The position numbers and the translations under genes are program-made. Of a stretch of 64,000 nt of DNA, positions 1 through 9,346 are shown piece by piece. The notes beneath the pieces are model-generated. The model saw only the letters and a list, made by a program, of their open reading frames with translations. It ran no database searches and was not told where the DNA came from. The stretch's first letter is position 1, and every line of letters starts with the position of its first letter. Source of the stretch: an uncultured Oscillospiraceae bacterium (lineage in GTDB: Bacteria; Bacillota; Clostridia; Oscillospirales; Oscillospiraceae); contig CAJUPW010000004.1 of NCBI GenBank assembly GCA_910588635.1, positions 29,823-93,822 on the forward strand, written 5' to 3'.

Positions 1-30
1 CCGCCCTTGACTCCAGGTCTATGATTTACC

Positions 31-55
31 GGGGCGGCACGGAGGCCGCCCCTAC
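31..55 (-). repeat. GTAG-type REP-like palindrome (partner probably cut by window edge)
   Basis: Minus strand GTAGGGGCGGCCTCCGTGCCGCCCC: GTAG followed by a GC hairpin; resembles copies at 17179-17259. Confidence 0.55.
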
Positions 56-59
56 AGGG

Positions 60-872
60 CTACACAAGCTGGATCATAGCCGCCATGCTCCCCCGGGCGC
101 CCCCCTGGACCCGGTGGGACCAGAATTCGTCCAGCTGGCAGGCGGTGCAGGCGGAGCAGATGGCGATATTCTCCTGCGCCAGTCCCGCCCGCTCCAGCCA
201 GCGGGCGTTGGCCCCTTTCAGATCCACGGAGAACTTGCCCTCCCGGGACAGGGGGCGGACGAAGGGCTCCGCGTCCGGCCCCAGCCGGACGCGCAGACCG
301 TCGGGAACGTCGCGGTGGGTCTCAAAGCAGCACGGGCCGATGCCCGGCCCGATGGCGGCCAGGATGTGCTCCGGCGCACAGCCGTAGTCCCGGACCATGG
401 CTTCCGCCGCCCGGGCGGCGGCGCCGGCGGCGGTGCCCCGCCAGCCGGCGTGGACGGCGGCGATGCAGCGGCGGACCGGGTCGTAGAGCAGGATGGGGAT
501 GCAGTCCCCGGAGAAAATAGTGAGGCACACCCCGGACTCGTTGGTGACGAGGCCGTCGGCCTCAAAGGAGCCGGGGGCCTCGGGATGCTCCATGACGTCC
601 GCCCGGCCGACCGGGCGGATGATATCGCTGTGGATCTGATGGTTCTTCACCAGGGCGTTGGGGTCCGTGCCAGCGGCGGCGCAGAAACGGACAAAGTTTT
701 CCCGGACGTTTACCGGGTCGTCCCCCCGGTTGGCCCCCAGGTTCAGGCTGTCCATGGGGGCGGGGGAGACCCCTCCCAGCCGGGTGGAGAAGCCGTGACC
801 CGCCCCGGCCCAGGCCGGGTCCGAACAGGCATAAAAAGAGACGCCATGGCGCTGCTGTCTTGTAATTTCCAT
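60..872 (-). CDS. pgeF: PgeF/YfiH family peptidoglycan editing factor (laccase-domain protein)
   Basis: HGFSTRLGGVS, QIHS, ADGLVT, GDCIPILL, AVHAGWRG, IGPGIGPCCFE, CTAC motifs. Confidence 0.92.
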   Translation of the reverse strand: MEITRQQRHGVSFYACSDPAWAGAGHGFSTRLGGVSPAPMDSLNLGANRGDDPVNVRENFVRFCAAAGTDPNALVKNHQIHSDIIRPVGRADVMEHPEAPGSFEADGLVTNESGVCLTIFSGDCIPILLYDPVRRCIAAVHAGWRGTAAGAAARAAEAMVRDYGCAPEHILAAIGPGIGPCCFETHRDVPDGLRVRLGPDAEPFVRPLSREGKFSVDLKGANARWLERAGLAQENIAICSACTACQLDEFWSHRVQGGARGSMAAMIQLV

Positions 873-939
873 GGCGTTCCCCCCACGTTTGAAATGATAT
901 TCTATTCTATCCTAAAACCTGTCGGATGGCAACCCCTTT

Positions 940-1152
940 TTATAGCTGTTCCAGCTCCCGCAGAGTGTCCTGAATGGTTCTCTGGGGGATGTAGACCGCC
1001 GCCATCTCCTGGAGCTGGGCCAGAGAGAGGGAGCGGGCCGCGCCCACCATGGGATGCTTCATGAATTTGCCGAAGCGGCGCTGGAATACGGCCTTGGACT
1101 TCGGGTTGTCCAGCAGCTCTCCGACTGTAATCTGTCTGTTGCGCAGGTCCAT
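940..1152 (-). CDS. Small hypothetical protein (70 aa)
   Basis: GGAGGTG RBS before ATG; plausible composition (TVGELLDNPKSKAV). Confidence 0.75.
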   Translation of the reverse strand: MDLRNRQITVGELLDNPKSKAVFQRRFGKFMKHPMVGAARSLSLAQLQEMAAVYIPQRTIQDTLRELEQL

Positions 1153-1277
1153 GTAAAATCACCTCCGAAACAGTCTATGCGCCTGCGGGCCGAGCCTTGA
1201 CAAGCGGCTTCCTTGACTTTCACGGCGGAAAGGGCTATACTGCATATTAAGATTTTATTAAGATTGGAGGCGGTTTT

Positions 1278-2168
1278 GTGACGAAGAAGAAAAAGGGACT
1301 GCGCGCTGTCCTCTCCGCCGCCCACGACGCCCTGCGGCGCAAGCGGACGGTGGCGGTGGTCTACTTCACCCTTCGTATCCTGGTCATCGTGATGATGGTG
1401 GCCCAATTCTTTAACGGAGACTTCGAGAGCGTCTTTCTTTGCGCCCTGACCCTGGTGCTCTTCCTGCTGCCTACGGTGTTCGAGCGGGCGCTGATGATCG
1501 ACCTGCCCAATACCATGGAGATCATCATCATGCTCTTCATCTTCGCCGCCGAGATACTGGGGGAGATCAGCTCCTTTTACACCACCTTCAAGGGCTGGGA
1601 CACCATCCTCCACACCTTGAACGGCTTTCTCTGCGCCGCCATCGGCTTCGCCCTGGTGGACATGCTCAACCGCACGGAAAAGTTCTCCCTGTCCCTGTCG
1701 CCGGTGTTCATGTCCATTGTGGCCTTCTGCTTTTCCATGACCATCGGGGTGCTGTGGGAGTTCTTCGAGTGCGGTATGGACCAGCTGATGGCCCTGGACA
1801 TGCAGAAGGACGCCGTGGTCCACTCCATCTCCTCCGTCATGCTGGACCCCACCGGGAAGAATAACCGGGTGCTCATTGAGAACATCGTGGACACCATAGT
1901 GGTCACGGCGGACGGCAGGCAGATATCCCTGGGCCTGGGGGGCTATCTGGACATCGGCATCCTGGACACCATGAAAGACCTGTTCGTCAACTTCATCGGC
2001 GCGGTGGTTTTTTCTGTCATCGGCTATTTCTACGTCAAGACCCGGGGCAAGGGGAAGTTTGCCAGCCGGTTTATCCCCCAGGTGGTGGAGGTCCAGCCCG
2101 AGGACATCGACCCCCGCCAGCCGAAATTTTTCAAAAAGACGAAAAAAACTTCTCTGCCGGAGGAATAG
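1278..2168 (+). CDS. Conserved integral membrane protein (DUF2238/YjdF-like)
   Basis: GGAGG RBS + GTG; several TM helices; WDTILH, GVLWEFFE, DTMKDL motifs. Confidence 0.8.
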   Translation: MTKKKKGLRAVLSAAHDALRRKRTVAVVYFTLRILVIVMMVAQFFNGDFESVFLCALTLVLFLLPTVFERALMIDLPNTMEIIIMLFIFAAEILGEISSFYTTFKGWDTILHTLNGFLCAAIGFALVDMLNRTEKFSLSLSPVFMSIVAFCFSMTIGVLWEFFECGMDQLMALDMQKDAVVHSISSVMLDPTGKNNRVLIENIVDTIVVTADGRQISLGLGGYLDIGILDTMKDLFVNFIGAVVFSVIGYFYVKTRGKGKFASRFIPQVVEVQPEDIDPRQPKFFKKTKKTSLPEE

Positions 2169-2192
2169 ACCGGAGCGGCGCGCGTCATACTA
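2163..2192 (+). promoter_or_regulatory. SigG-like forespore promoter
   Basis: GAATA-N18-CATACTA matches the B. subtilis SigG consensus. Confidence 0.6.
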
Positions 2193-2223
2193 AGGCCATC
2201 CGAAACAAGGAGGGTTTAGTATC

Positions 2224-2400
2224 ATGACTGACAGGAAAACCTGCAACACCAGCATCAAGTGTTCCGTTGACACTTGCGCCTACAATGACCGCGCCCAGAA
2301 CTGCTGCTCCCTGAACTCCATCAAGGTGGGCTGCTGCGACTGCTCCCCCACCAAGTGCGAGGGAACCGAGTGCGCCTCCTTCAAGCTGGGCGCGAAATAA
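2224..2400 (+). CDS. DUF1540-family Cys-rich small protein (58 aa; not in ORF track)
   Basis: AAGGAGG RBS; MTDRKTCNTSIKCSVDTCAYNDRAQNCCSLNSIKVGCCDCSPTKCEGTECASFKLGAK; IKCSV..C.YN and T.CASF pattern. Confidence 0.85.
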   Translation: MTDRKTCNTSIKCSVDTCAYNDRAQNCCSLNSIKVGCCDCSPTKCEGTECASFKLGAK

Positions 2401-2405
2401 AAGGC

Positions 2406-2437
2406 AAAACGCTCCGCCGGGACGGCGGAGCGTTTTT
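2406..2437. terminator. Bidirectional intrinsic terminator
   Basis: AAAACGCTCCGCCG-GGA-CGGCGGAGCGTTTTT between convergent genes. Confidence 0.85.
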
Positions 2438-2442
2438 CATAT

Positions 2443-3033
2443 CTATCCCAGATAGAGCCCATAGTAGCCCATAAGGGCCATGGCCATCAGCCCGGCGGTG
2501 ATGAGCTGGATGGGAACTCCGCGAAAGGCCCGGGGGCAGCGGTTCAGGTCCACTTCCTTCTGCAGACTGGCAAAGCTGGCCAGAGCCAGGGTGGCGCCCA
2601 CGCCGCCGCACAGGGCGTAGAGGAGGGCGGAGCCCAGTCCGTAGCTGCGCTGGGCCACCAGCAGGGCGGTGCCCAGGGCGGCGCAGTTGGTGGAGATGGA
2701 GGCCAGATTGCCGTCCGCCCGGCGGGACAGCTCGGGGACGCAGGCGCGGAGAAAGCGGCGCAGTCCGGCAACCAGGGCGGGGATGAGCAAGGCAAAGGCC
2801 AGCACCCGGAAGTGCGCCCAGCCGTACCGGCTGAGCAGCCAGAAGTCGATGAGCCAGGCGCACAGCTCCCCCAGCACCATGACTACGGTGAGGCAGATGC
2901 CGGTGCGCAAAGCCTCCCGGGGCTGAGAGAAGGACTCCCGGTGGGTGCCGATGCCCGTGCAGGAGACCAGCACCAGATTTTCCGACAACAGGGCGGCCAG
3001 GGCCACCCCCGCCAATTCAAGGGCGGTGTTCAC
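2443..3033 (-). CDS. rnfA: RnfA-like membrane subunit (divergent)
   Basis: ENLVL, ISTNCAALG, P.AFRGVPIQLITAGLMAMALMG motifs; GTG start. Confidence 0.8.
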   Translation of the reverse strand: MNTALELAGVALAALLSENLVLVSCTGIGTHRESFSQPREALRTGICLTVVMVLGELCAWLIDFWLLSRYGWAHFRVLAFALLIPALVAGLRRFLRACVPELSRRADGNLASISTNCAALGTALLVAQRSYGLGSALLYALCGGVGATLALASFASLQKEVDLNRCPRAFRGVPIQLITAGLMAMALMGYYGLYLG

Positions 3034-3048
3034 TGCTCTTTCCCCCCT

Positions 3049-4707
3049 TTACTGCGTATCTTCATAGTTGATCTCCCCCGAGGTGTCCAGATTGGCCACG
3101 ATGTTCAGCGCCCGGTTGACCCCGGCGGTGATGGCCTTGGAGGTGGCGGTGGCGCCGCTGACGGCGTCCATGGAGTTGGGTCCGGAGGTGCGGATGGTGC
3201 CAGACCGGCCCACATACCGGGCCAGGGCGGCGGAGGTCATGGCCGCGGTGCCCACCCGGTGGGTCTCATTGTGGCTGTTGACGGCCACGCCGGTGACGGC
3301 ACCGTTCAGGTCTACGCCCACCGTCATGGTGATGGGGCCGGCAAAGCCCTGGCTATGGACCTCCACGCAGTAGCCCAGCAAGTGGCCCTCGGCGTCGTAG
3401 CCGGCGATGATGGACATGGCTCCGGCGGCCCGGTAGGGGGTCTCGACCCCCACGGCGGCCTGGGGCATGGCCTGAGTCAGGATTTTGTGCTGGGCCTGGA
3501 CCTCCGCCCGGGCGGTGTTCAGATCGGTAAAGCGGTGGACCCCAAAGACCACAGCGCAGGTGACCGCGAAAACGCCGGCCAGCGGCCCCACGGTTTTCAG
3601 GAGAGCCCGCAGCAGGTCCAGGTAGGCCTCGCCGGGCGCCTGGCCCTCCCGGGGCTTGGGGATGCGGAGGTTCAGCCTGGGGCGGACGAACTTGATTTTG
3701 GACAGTTCGGCAAGCCACCGGGCCAGAACGGCCCTGGTGGCGGCAAAGTTGCCGATGCCGAAGCGCCGGGGCAGGCCCAGCCTATCCAGCAGCCAGACGG
3801 TGCAGTTCATGGTAAGGATGGCCCAGCCCACTCCCTCCGGGTAGGGGCTGCTGCCGCGCAGCAGCACGGTGAGCAGACCGCAGCCCACGCCGTACATCAC
3901 CTGGCCCCGGGGGGTGACCGGGGAGGTGGCGGGGTCGGTGGCGAAAAAGATCGCGCCCATCAGCAGGCCGCCGCCCATGAGCTGGTAGGCGGTCCAGACG
4001 GGGGGAGAGACCCCCGCGGGGGCGGAGAGCAAGGCAATTGCAGCCACCGTCCCCAGGTAGGACAGGGGGACCCGGGCAGAGATCACCCGGCGCAGCAGCA
4101 GGTAGCCCAGCCCCAACAGGAGCATGAAAGCGGAAATTTCACCCATGCAGCCGCCCCGCCGGCCCAGAAACATGAGGTCCAGGGAGACGGGGGGGAGGGA
4201 ACCCTCGTGAAGAAAGGACATGGGTGTGGCGGCAGACACCGCATCCGGATTGGTCATGGACAGCCTCTGCATGGGCTGGGGCCAAGTGGTCATCAGCATG
4301 GGCAAGGTGCCAGCCAGCATCCGGCCGGCCAGGGCGGGGTTCATGAAGTTCCGGCCCAGGCCGCCGTAGAACTGTTTCACCACGATGACGGCGAAGCAAG
4401 CCCCCATCACCGGCACCCAGAAGGGGGTGCTGGCAGGCAGGCTGAGGGCCAGCAGCAGGCCGGTGACGCAGGCGGACAGATCGCCGATGGACAGGCTCTG
4501 GCGGGTAAGCAGCCGGTAGAGCAGCTCAAAGCCGACGCTGGACGCCACCGAAACGGCGCACAGAGCCAGCACACGGGGTCCGAAGAAAAATACTGCCATG
4601 CCCAAGGCGGGGAGCAGGGCGACAATCACGTCCAGCATCATGGCGCGGGTGGTGGAGGACTGACGCAGCTGGGGGGGCAGGCGCTTGGGGGTGTATACGG
4701 CGCTCAC
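3049..4707 (-). CDS. Fused RnfD-RnfG protein (552 aa)
   Basis: GTGA overlap with rnfC stop; RnfD motifs (KQFYGGLGRNFMNPALAGR, SAATP, GCMGE, ATDPATSP) then a TM helix and FMN-binding domain (GFAGPI, DAVSGATATS) in one frame. Confidence 0.88.
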   Translation of the reverse strand: MSAVYTPKRLPPQLRQSSTTRAMMLDVIVALLPALGMAVFFFGPRVLALCAVSVASSVGFELLYRLLTRQSLSIGDLSACVTGLLLALSLPASTPFWVPVMGACFAVIVVKQFYGGLGRNFMNPALAGRMLAGTLPMLMTTWPQPMQRLSMTNPDAVSAATPMSFLHEGSLPPVSLDLMFLGRRGGCMGEISAFMLLLGLGYLLLRRVISARVPLSYLGTVAAIALLSAPAGVSPPVWTAYQLMGGGLLMGAIFFATDPATSPVTPRGQVMYGVGCGLLTVLLRGSSPYPEGVGWAILTMNCTVWLLDRLGLPRRFGIGNFAATRAVLARWLAELSKIKFVRPRLNLRIPKPREGQAPGEAYLDLLRALLKTVGPLAGVFAVTCAVVFGVHRFTDLNTARAEVQAQHKILTQAMPQAAVGVETPYRAAGAMSIIAGYDAEGHLLGYCVEVHSQGFAGPITMTVGVDLNGAVTGVAVNSHNETHRVGTAAMTSAALARYVGRSGTIRTSGPNSMDAVSGATATSKAITAGVNRALNIVANLDTSGEINYEDTQ

Positions 4708-6026
4708 CTGTTGGCCACCCCCCGTCTCAAAAGGGCGGCGGCGGAGGCCACCGTCTCCACCAGAGGAATCTGGGCGGGACAGATGAAGGAGCAGCAGCCG
4801 CAGGCATTGCAGTCCTCCAGGTGGTACTTGGCCAGCTTGTCCAGGTCCTGTTCCTCCAGAGCCCGGCGGATGATGGTAGGGGCCAGGTGCATGGGACAGG
4901 CGGCCACGCACTTGCCGCACCGGATGCACACCCCGGAGGGGATGTCCGGCTTATGTTCCCAGCTGGTGAGGCAGACCAGGCTGTTGGTGTCCTTGGTCAC
5001 CGGCGCGTTCAGATCGGTGAGGGCAATGCCCATCATAGGTCCGCCGATGAGCATGCGGTCGGCCTCCTCCCGCAGGCCGCCGCAGGTCTCCAGCAGGTGG
5101 CGCAGGGGGGTTCCGATGGGCACCCACAGATTCCGGGGACGGGTGACCGCTCCGCCGGTGACGGTGACAGCCCGGTGCGTGAGAGGGCGGCCCATAAACA
5201 GGGCGTCGTGGATGGCGTACACGGTGGCCACGTTGAATACGGCGCACTTCACGTCCAGGGGGGAGCCCCCGGGGGGCACCTCCCGGCCGGTGACGGTCTG
5301 GATGATCTGCTTTTCCGCCCCCAGGGGGTAGCAGGTGCGCACGGGGAGAATCTGCACCCGGCCGCCGCTGCGGCGCAGGCGGCGCTCCACAGCCTCCACG
5401 GCATTGAGCTTATCCCCCTCTGTGACCAGGACGACCCGCTCGCACTGTAAACACTGGGACAGGGCCTGGGCGCCCCGGAGGATGCGCTCCCCCCGCTCCA
5501 GCAGCAGGCGGTAGTCCGATGTGACGTAGGGCTCGCACTCGGCGGCGTTGACGATCAGGGTGTCAATCTTCCCGGCGGAGCGGAAGATTTTCTCCCAGGT
5601 GGGGAAACAGCCGCCCCCCATGCCCACAATCCCCGCCTCAGCCACCCGTTCCACCATCTGTTCCAGAGTGAACTGGCGGGGGTCCAGAGGGGGCATGTTG
5701 CCGGGATAGGGTGAGCTGCGGTCGTCATTATGGATGACAATGGCGGGGGACCGCCCGCCCCAGGGGTGGGGCCGGTCCTCAATGGCGATCACCCGGCCGG
5801 AGACGCTGGCGTGGGCCGCCGCCCCGGTCTGTCCCCGCCGGGCGATGGGCTGGCCTACCGTCACCGGGTCGCCGGGCCGGACCATGGGGGTAGCGGGGCC
5901 GTCGGCGCACATGACCAGGGGGATGACGACCTCCTTGGAGGTCTGGGAGAGACGGGCCATGGGCTTGCGGCGGGTGATGCCTTTGCGCGTGGCGGGATAC
6001 ACTCCGCCAAAGAAGGAATGGGTCAT
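4704..6026 (-). CDS. rnfC: Electron transport complex subunit RnfC
   Basis: HASVSG, GIVGMGGGCFPT, NAAECEPY, GGPMMG and two CxxCxxCxxxCP motifs; GGAGG RBS before ATG 6026. Confidence 0.93.
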   Translation of the reverse strand: MTHSFFGGVYPATRKGITRRKPMARLSQTSKEVVIPLVMCADGPATPMVRPGDPVTVGQPIARRGQTGAAAHASVSGRVIAIEDRPHPWGGRSPAIVIHNDDRSSPYPGNMPPLDPRQFTLEQMVERVAEAGIVGMGGGCFPTWEKIFRSAGKIDTLIVNAAECEPYVTSDYRLLLERGERILRGAQALSQCLQCERVVLVTEGDKLNAVEAVERRLRRSGGRVQILPVRTCYPLGAEKQIIQTVTGREVPPGGSPLDVKCAVFNVATVYAIHDALFMGRPLTHRAVTVTGGAVTRPRNLWVPIGTPLRHLLETCGGLREEADRMLIGGPMMGIALTDLNAPVTKDTNSLVCLTSWEHKPDIPSGVCIRCGKCVAACPMHLAPTIIRRALEEQDLDKLAKYHLEDCNACGCCSFICPAQIPLVETVASAAALLRRGVANR

Positions 6027-6191
6027 ATGGAATCCTCCCCGCATCCTGCCGGAAAACGGAATCTCGACAAAATGCGCGTGTCAATTCGATATTTCTACAT
6101 ATTACATCATAATGCAAAAGAGGGGTTCTGTCCAGCTTTTTTCTGAAAATCACCTCGCCGCCGGCTGCCGGATACAATGCAGGCAGCATAC

Positions 6192-6220
6192 TTGACAAAT
6201 AAAGCGCCCGGTAGTATCAT
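6192..6220 (+). promoter_or_regulatory. Sigma-A promoter
   Basis: TTGACA-N17-TATCAT. Confidence 0.7.
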
Positions 6221-6268
6221 CTTTTTGAAAGTTTTGTGCTTTCAAATGAAAAGATTGGGAGGTAACTG

Positions 6269-8419
6269 ATGATGAACAAATTGACGCGCCGCCTGTTTTC
6301 CTTTGCCCTGGCGGCGGCACTGACGGCGGGTCTGTGCCTGCCTGCCTTTGCCTATGGGAATTTCAAATACCCCAGCGCCTATTGGAAGCTTCATAGCGCC
6401 TGGGAGGCGGCGGCCGGCGACCCGGACCAGGTGATTTCGGTGGCCCAAAAGACATACGATCTGCTCAACCCCCTGGGACTGGGCCAGGACGTGTGCGAGA
6501 ACCTGGAGCCAAAGGCAATGATGGCCTCCTGGGCCTGCGAGGTCAAGGGAGACATCGCGGGCGCAATCACCTGGGCGGAGCGGGAGCGCACCTACGCCAA
6601 GTGGCTGACCGAGTGCGGCCTGACCCCCTCCTATGCCGACAGATATGACTATACCGACCTGATTCAGAGCATTGACGCGCGTCTGGAGTATCTGCGCGCG
6701 GCGCAGACGGTGACCGTCTATGCCCAGAGCGACGGCAGCGCCTCCCCCTATGCCGCGGGCCCCCGGACCGGCACCTGGTACGGCGCCCCTGTGGACGGCT
6801 CCCGGTCCGATACAAACGCCGCCCTGATGTATGTCACCTTCCAGGACAGCTACTCGGTGGAGTACTGGATCGACTACTACAGCAGGACCTCCGAAAGCTT
6901 CCGCAAGGCGGCCGACGGCGGCGTGATCGAGGTAGCCTGGAACTTCAGCCCCGAGAATACCTCCGGGGCCCGGGCGGTCCTGGGCGCCGACAGCTATATC
7001 GCCGAGAGCCTGCGGGCCCTGGGCGGCCTGAACGCCACCGTCCTGCTGCGGGTGGGCGCCGAGATGAACTGCTGGAGCGAGTGCGACCCGGAGGTCTACA
7101 AGCAGGCGTTCCGGAAGGTGGCCTCCGCCGCCCGGTCTTACTCCAACATTCAGATGGTATTCTCTCCCAACGACATCAGCAACCGGAACGTGACCTGCGC
7201 CGACTACTATCCGGGGGACGGGTATGTGGACTGGATCGGCATGTCTACCTACCACAATACCCAGTATGTCAGCTATGACAAGAGCCGGGGCGTCGCCTCC
7301 TACACCTTCGGCTACGATAAATATTACGATGACGCCTTCTACGGCGTGGGCATCTACGACCACGATCCTCTGATTACCGTCAAGCCCATCATCGACCTGG
7401 CCAAGGCTCACAACAAGCCTGTGATGGTCAGCGAGTGCGGCTTCTCCTACCGGGACAAAACCAGCGGCCAGGACCTGACGGCCTTTGCCAGCGAACAGAT
7501 GAACTGGTTCTACTCCTATATCAATATGGTCTACCCCCAGGTGAAGGCCGTGTTCTACTTTGACACCGCCTTCCGGGGGAGCGACTTCGAGTACTCCCTG
7601 GCTGGCTCCCCCACCCTCAGCTCCACATATGAGAAGGCCATCCGGGAAAATGGCGCCTACCTGTCTGACGTGAAGGGGACCGCCACCGGCTGGACCACTC
7701 TGGACAAGGCGTCGCTGACGGGCCGGAACACCTTGCGTCTGGCCGCCTACGCCAGCCTCCCCGGCAAGCACGGCACTACCGTGACCTACTATGTGGACGG
7801 GAAGCAGGTCCACTCCGCCAGCCAGGCCCCCTTCTACTATAACCTGGACCTGAGCGCCCTGGGCGGCGGCAGCCACACCCTCAGGGTGGAGGCCGCAGGC
7901 GGACAGTTCAAGAGCTCCAGCCAAACCTATACCCTCCGGCTGGGCGGGAGCACCGCGCCTGTGACCCCTGAGCAGCCCGAAAAGCCTGCCGCCGAGGTCA
8001 AGGCTATGCCCACCAACGACAAGCTGACCTGTGACGGCCAGCTCCAGAACGCCACCGTGTACAAGATCGGCGGAAGCAACTTCTTCAAGATCCGCGACCT
8101 GGCCGCCATGCTCAACGGCACAGAAAAGCAGTTCTCCGTGGGCTACGACGGCGCAGCCAAGGCGGTCACCGCCACCTCCGGGCAGCCCTACGAGGGCACC
8201 GGAAAGGAGCTGGCCGGCGCGGCCGCCGGCGGGGAGCAGACGGCCCAGGTGAGCAATGATTCCATCTATATCAACGGCGAAAAGACCACGGTCAGCGTGT
8301 ACAAGATCGGCGGGAGCAACTACTTCAAGCTCCGCGACCTGGGCAAGGCCCTCAACTTCTATGTAGGCTATGAGGGCGGAAAGGGCATGTATATCGAGAC
8401 AGACAAGCCCTACGAGTAA
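6269..8419 (+). CDS. Secreted GH26-like glycoside hydrolase with Ig-like domain and C-terminal repeats
   Basis: Signal peptide; LRVGAEMN, YYPGDGYVDWIGMS, KPVMVSECG; YYVDGKQV..APF Ig-like segment; two VYKIGGSN(F/Y)FK.RDL repeats. Confidence 0.8.
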   Translation: MMNKLTRRLFSFALAAALTAGLCLPAFAYGNFKYPSAYWKLHSAWEAAAGDPDQVISVAQKTYDLLNPLGLGQDVCENLEPKAMMASWACEVKGDIAGAITWAERERTYAKWLTECGLTPSYADRYDYTDLIQSIDARLEYLRAAQTVTVYAQSDGSASPYAAGPRTGTWYGAPVDGSRSDTNAALMYVTFQDSYSVEYWIDYYSRTSESFRKAADGGVIEVAWNFSPENTSGARAVLGADSYIAESLRALGGLNATVLLRVGAEMNCWSECDPEVYKQAFRKVASAARSYSNIQMVFSPNDISNRNVTCADYYPGDGYVDWIGMSTYHNTQYVSYDKSRGVASYTFGYDKYYDDAFYGVGIYDHDPLITVKPIIDLAKAHNKPVMVSECGFSYRDKTSGQDLTAFASEQMNWFYSYINMVYPQVKAVFYFDTAFRGSDFEYSLAGSPTLSSTYEKAIRENGAYLSDVKGTATGWTTLDKASLTGRNTLRLAAYASLPGKHGTTVTYYVDGKQVHSASQAPFYYNLDLSALGGGSHTLRVEAAGGQFKSSSQTYTLRLGGSTAPVTPEQPEKPAAEVKAMPTNDKLTCDGQLQNATVYKIGGSNFFKIRDLAAMLNGTEKQFSVGYDGAAKAVTATSGQPYEGTGKELAGAAAGGEQTAQVSNDSIYINGEKTTVSVYKIGGSNYFKLRDLGKALNFYVGYEGGKGMYIETDKPYE

Positions 8420-8432
8420 GACTTATATGGTG

Positions 8433-8465
8433 AAGGCCCGCCCCCTCGGGGGCGGGCCGTTTTCT
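8433..8465 (+). terminator. Intrinsic terminator
   Basis: GGCCCGCCCCC-TC-GGGGGCGGGCC then GTTTTT. Confidence 0.8.
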
Positions 8466-8467
8466 AT

Positions 8468-9265
8468 CTACCGCCGGGCGGACCGCTGCTCCGGCCGGCG
8501 CTGAATGCCGATCCGGGCGGCGTGGGGGCCCACCTCGGCCCAGGGGGCCAGAAAGGTGCCCACGCCCAGCCCGCGGGCCACCTCCACCTTGCGGCGCAGG
8601 GTGTCGCCGTCGTCAAAGAGGACAAAGTGCGCGCCGGTCTCCCGGCTCATGTAGGTGAAGTAGCGGGCGCACAGCTCCCCGGAGAAGAAAACGGAGGGGG
8701 ACAGCCGCCCCTTCAGCTCCTCCAGCTCCTGGCGGGTGAGAGGCTGGCCGCCGCCGGTGGGGGAGGGGAGATAGAAGTCCTCCGCCCGCTTCTCCAGGGC
8801 CAGGACCACCCGGCTCTCCCCAAAGCGCTCCAGGGCCTCCTCCAGCCGCCGCCGGAGGGAGCCCCCCGACAGGGCGGAAGGGATCATCACCCTGGCGTGG
8901 GGAGCGGCCTGGCCGTAGCGCTCGGGGACAATCAGGGTCCAGCCCCGGCGGGCGAAGGGTTCATCCAGGGCGGCGGTGATCTGCTCCAGGGGGGGCAGGT
9001 GATTTTCAAAGTCCAGGACCGCCCCGGAGAACCCCCGGGCCAGGGTCTCCCGGATGATCTCCTGACACAGCGGGCCGGTGGGTCCCAGGCCGTCGAACTG
9101 CTTGTCGTCCACCACCATCAGCCCGCCTCTGGGCGGGGCCGCGCCCTCCGCCCGAAACAGATGGGGCCCCGGTCCCAGCCGGTAGGCCAGGTGAGCGGGG
9201 GTGGCCTGCCAGCCCCGGAGGGCGGGGAGCTGCCTGGGCGGCAGAGTAATAATAAAGGTGTCCAT
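8468..9265 (-). CDS. Degenerate GH18-like protein (YaaH/YdhD-like fold)
   Basis: GFSGAVLDFE and HFVLFDDGDTLRRKVEVARGLG resemble GH18 motifs. Confidence 0.6.
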   Translation of the reverse strand: MDTFIITLPPRQLPALRGWQATPAHLAYRLGPGPHLFRAEGAAPPRGGLMVVDDKQFDGLGPTGPLCQEIIRETLARGFSGAVLDFENHLPPLEQITAALDEPFARRGWTLIVPERYGQAAPHARVMIPSALSGGSLRRRLEEALERFGESRVVLALEKRAEDFYLPSPTGGGQPLTRQELEELKGRLSPSVFFSGELCARYFTYMSRETGAHFVLFDDGDTLRRKVEVARGLGVGTFLAPWAEVGPHAARIGIQRRPEQRSARR

Positions 9266-9315
9266 GGGACTTCCCCCTTGTCCGAAATTTCAACCTGTGA
9301 TATACTACGCTATAC

Positions 9316-9344
9316 ACACTATGAAATCAGACGAGAGGTTAGAA
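9316..9344 (-). promoter_or_regulatory. SigE-like promoter
   Basis: TTCTAAC-N14-CATAGTGT on minus strand. Confidence 0.4.
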
Positions 9345-9346
9345 CC

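Noticed and set aside
2812..5331. 839-aa plus-strand ORF (similarly 13479-15632, 6242-7924, 45661-47460, 59938-61482)
   Set aside because: Antisense shadows of well-supported genes, expected from high-GC codon bias; no recognisable motifs
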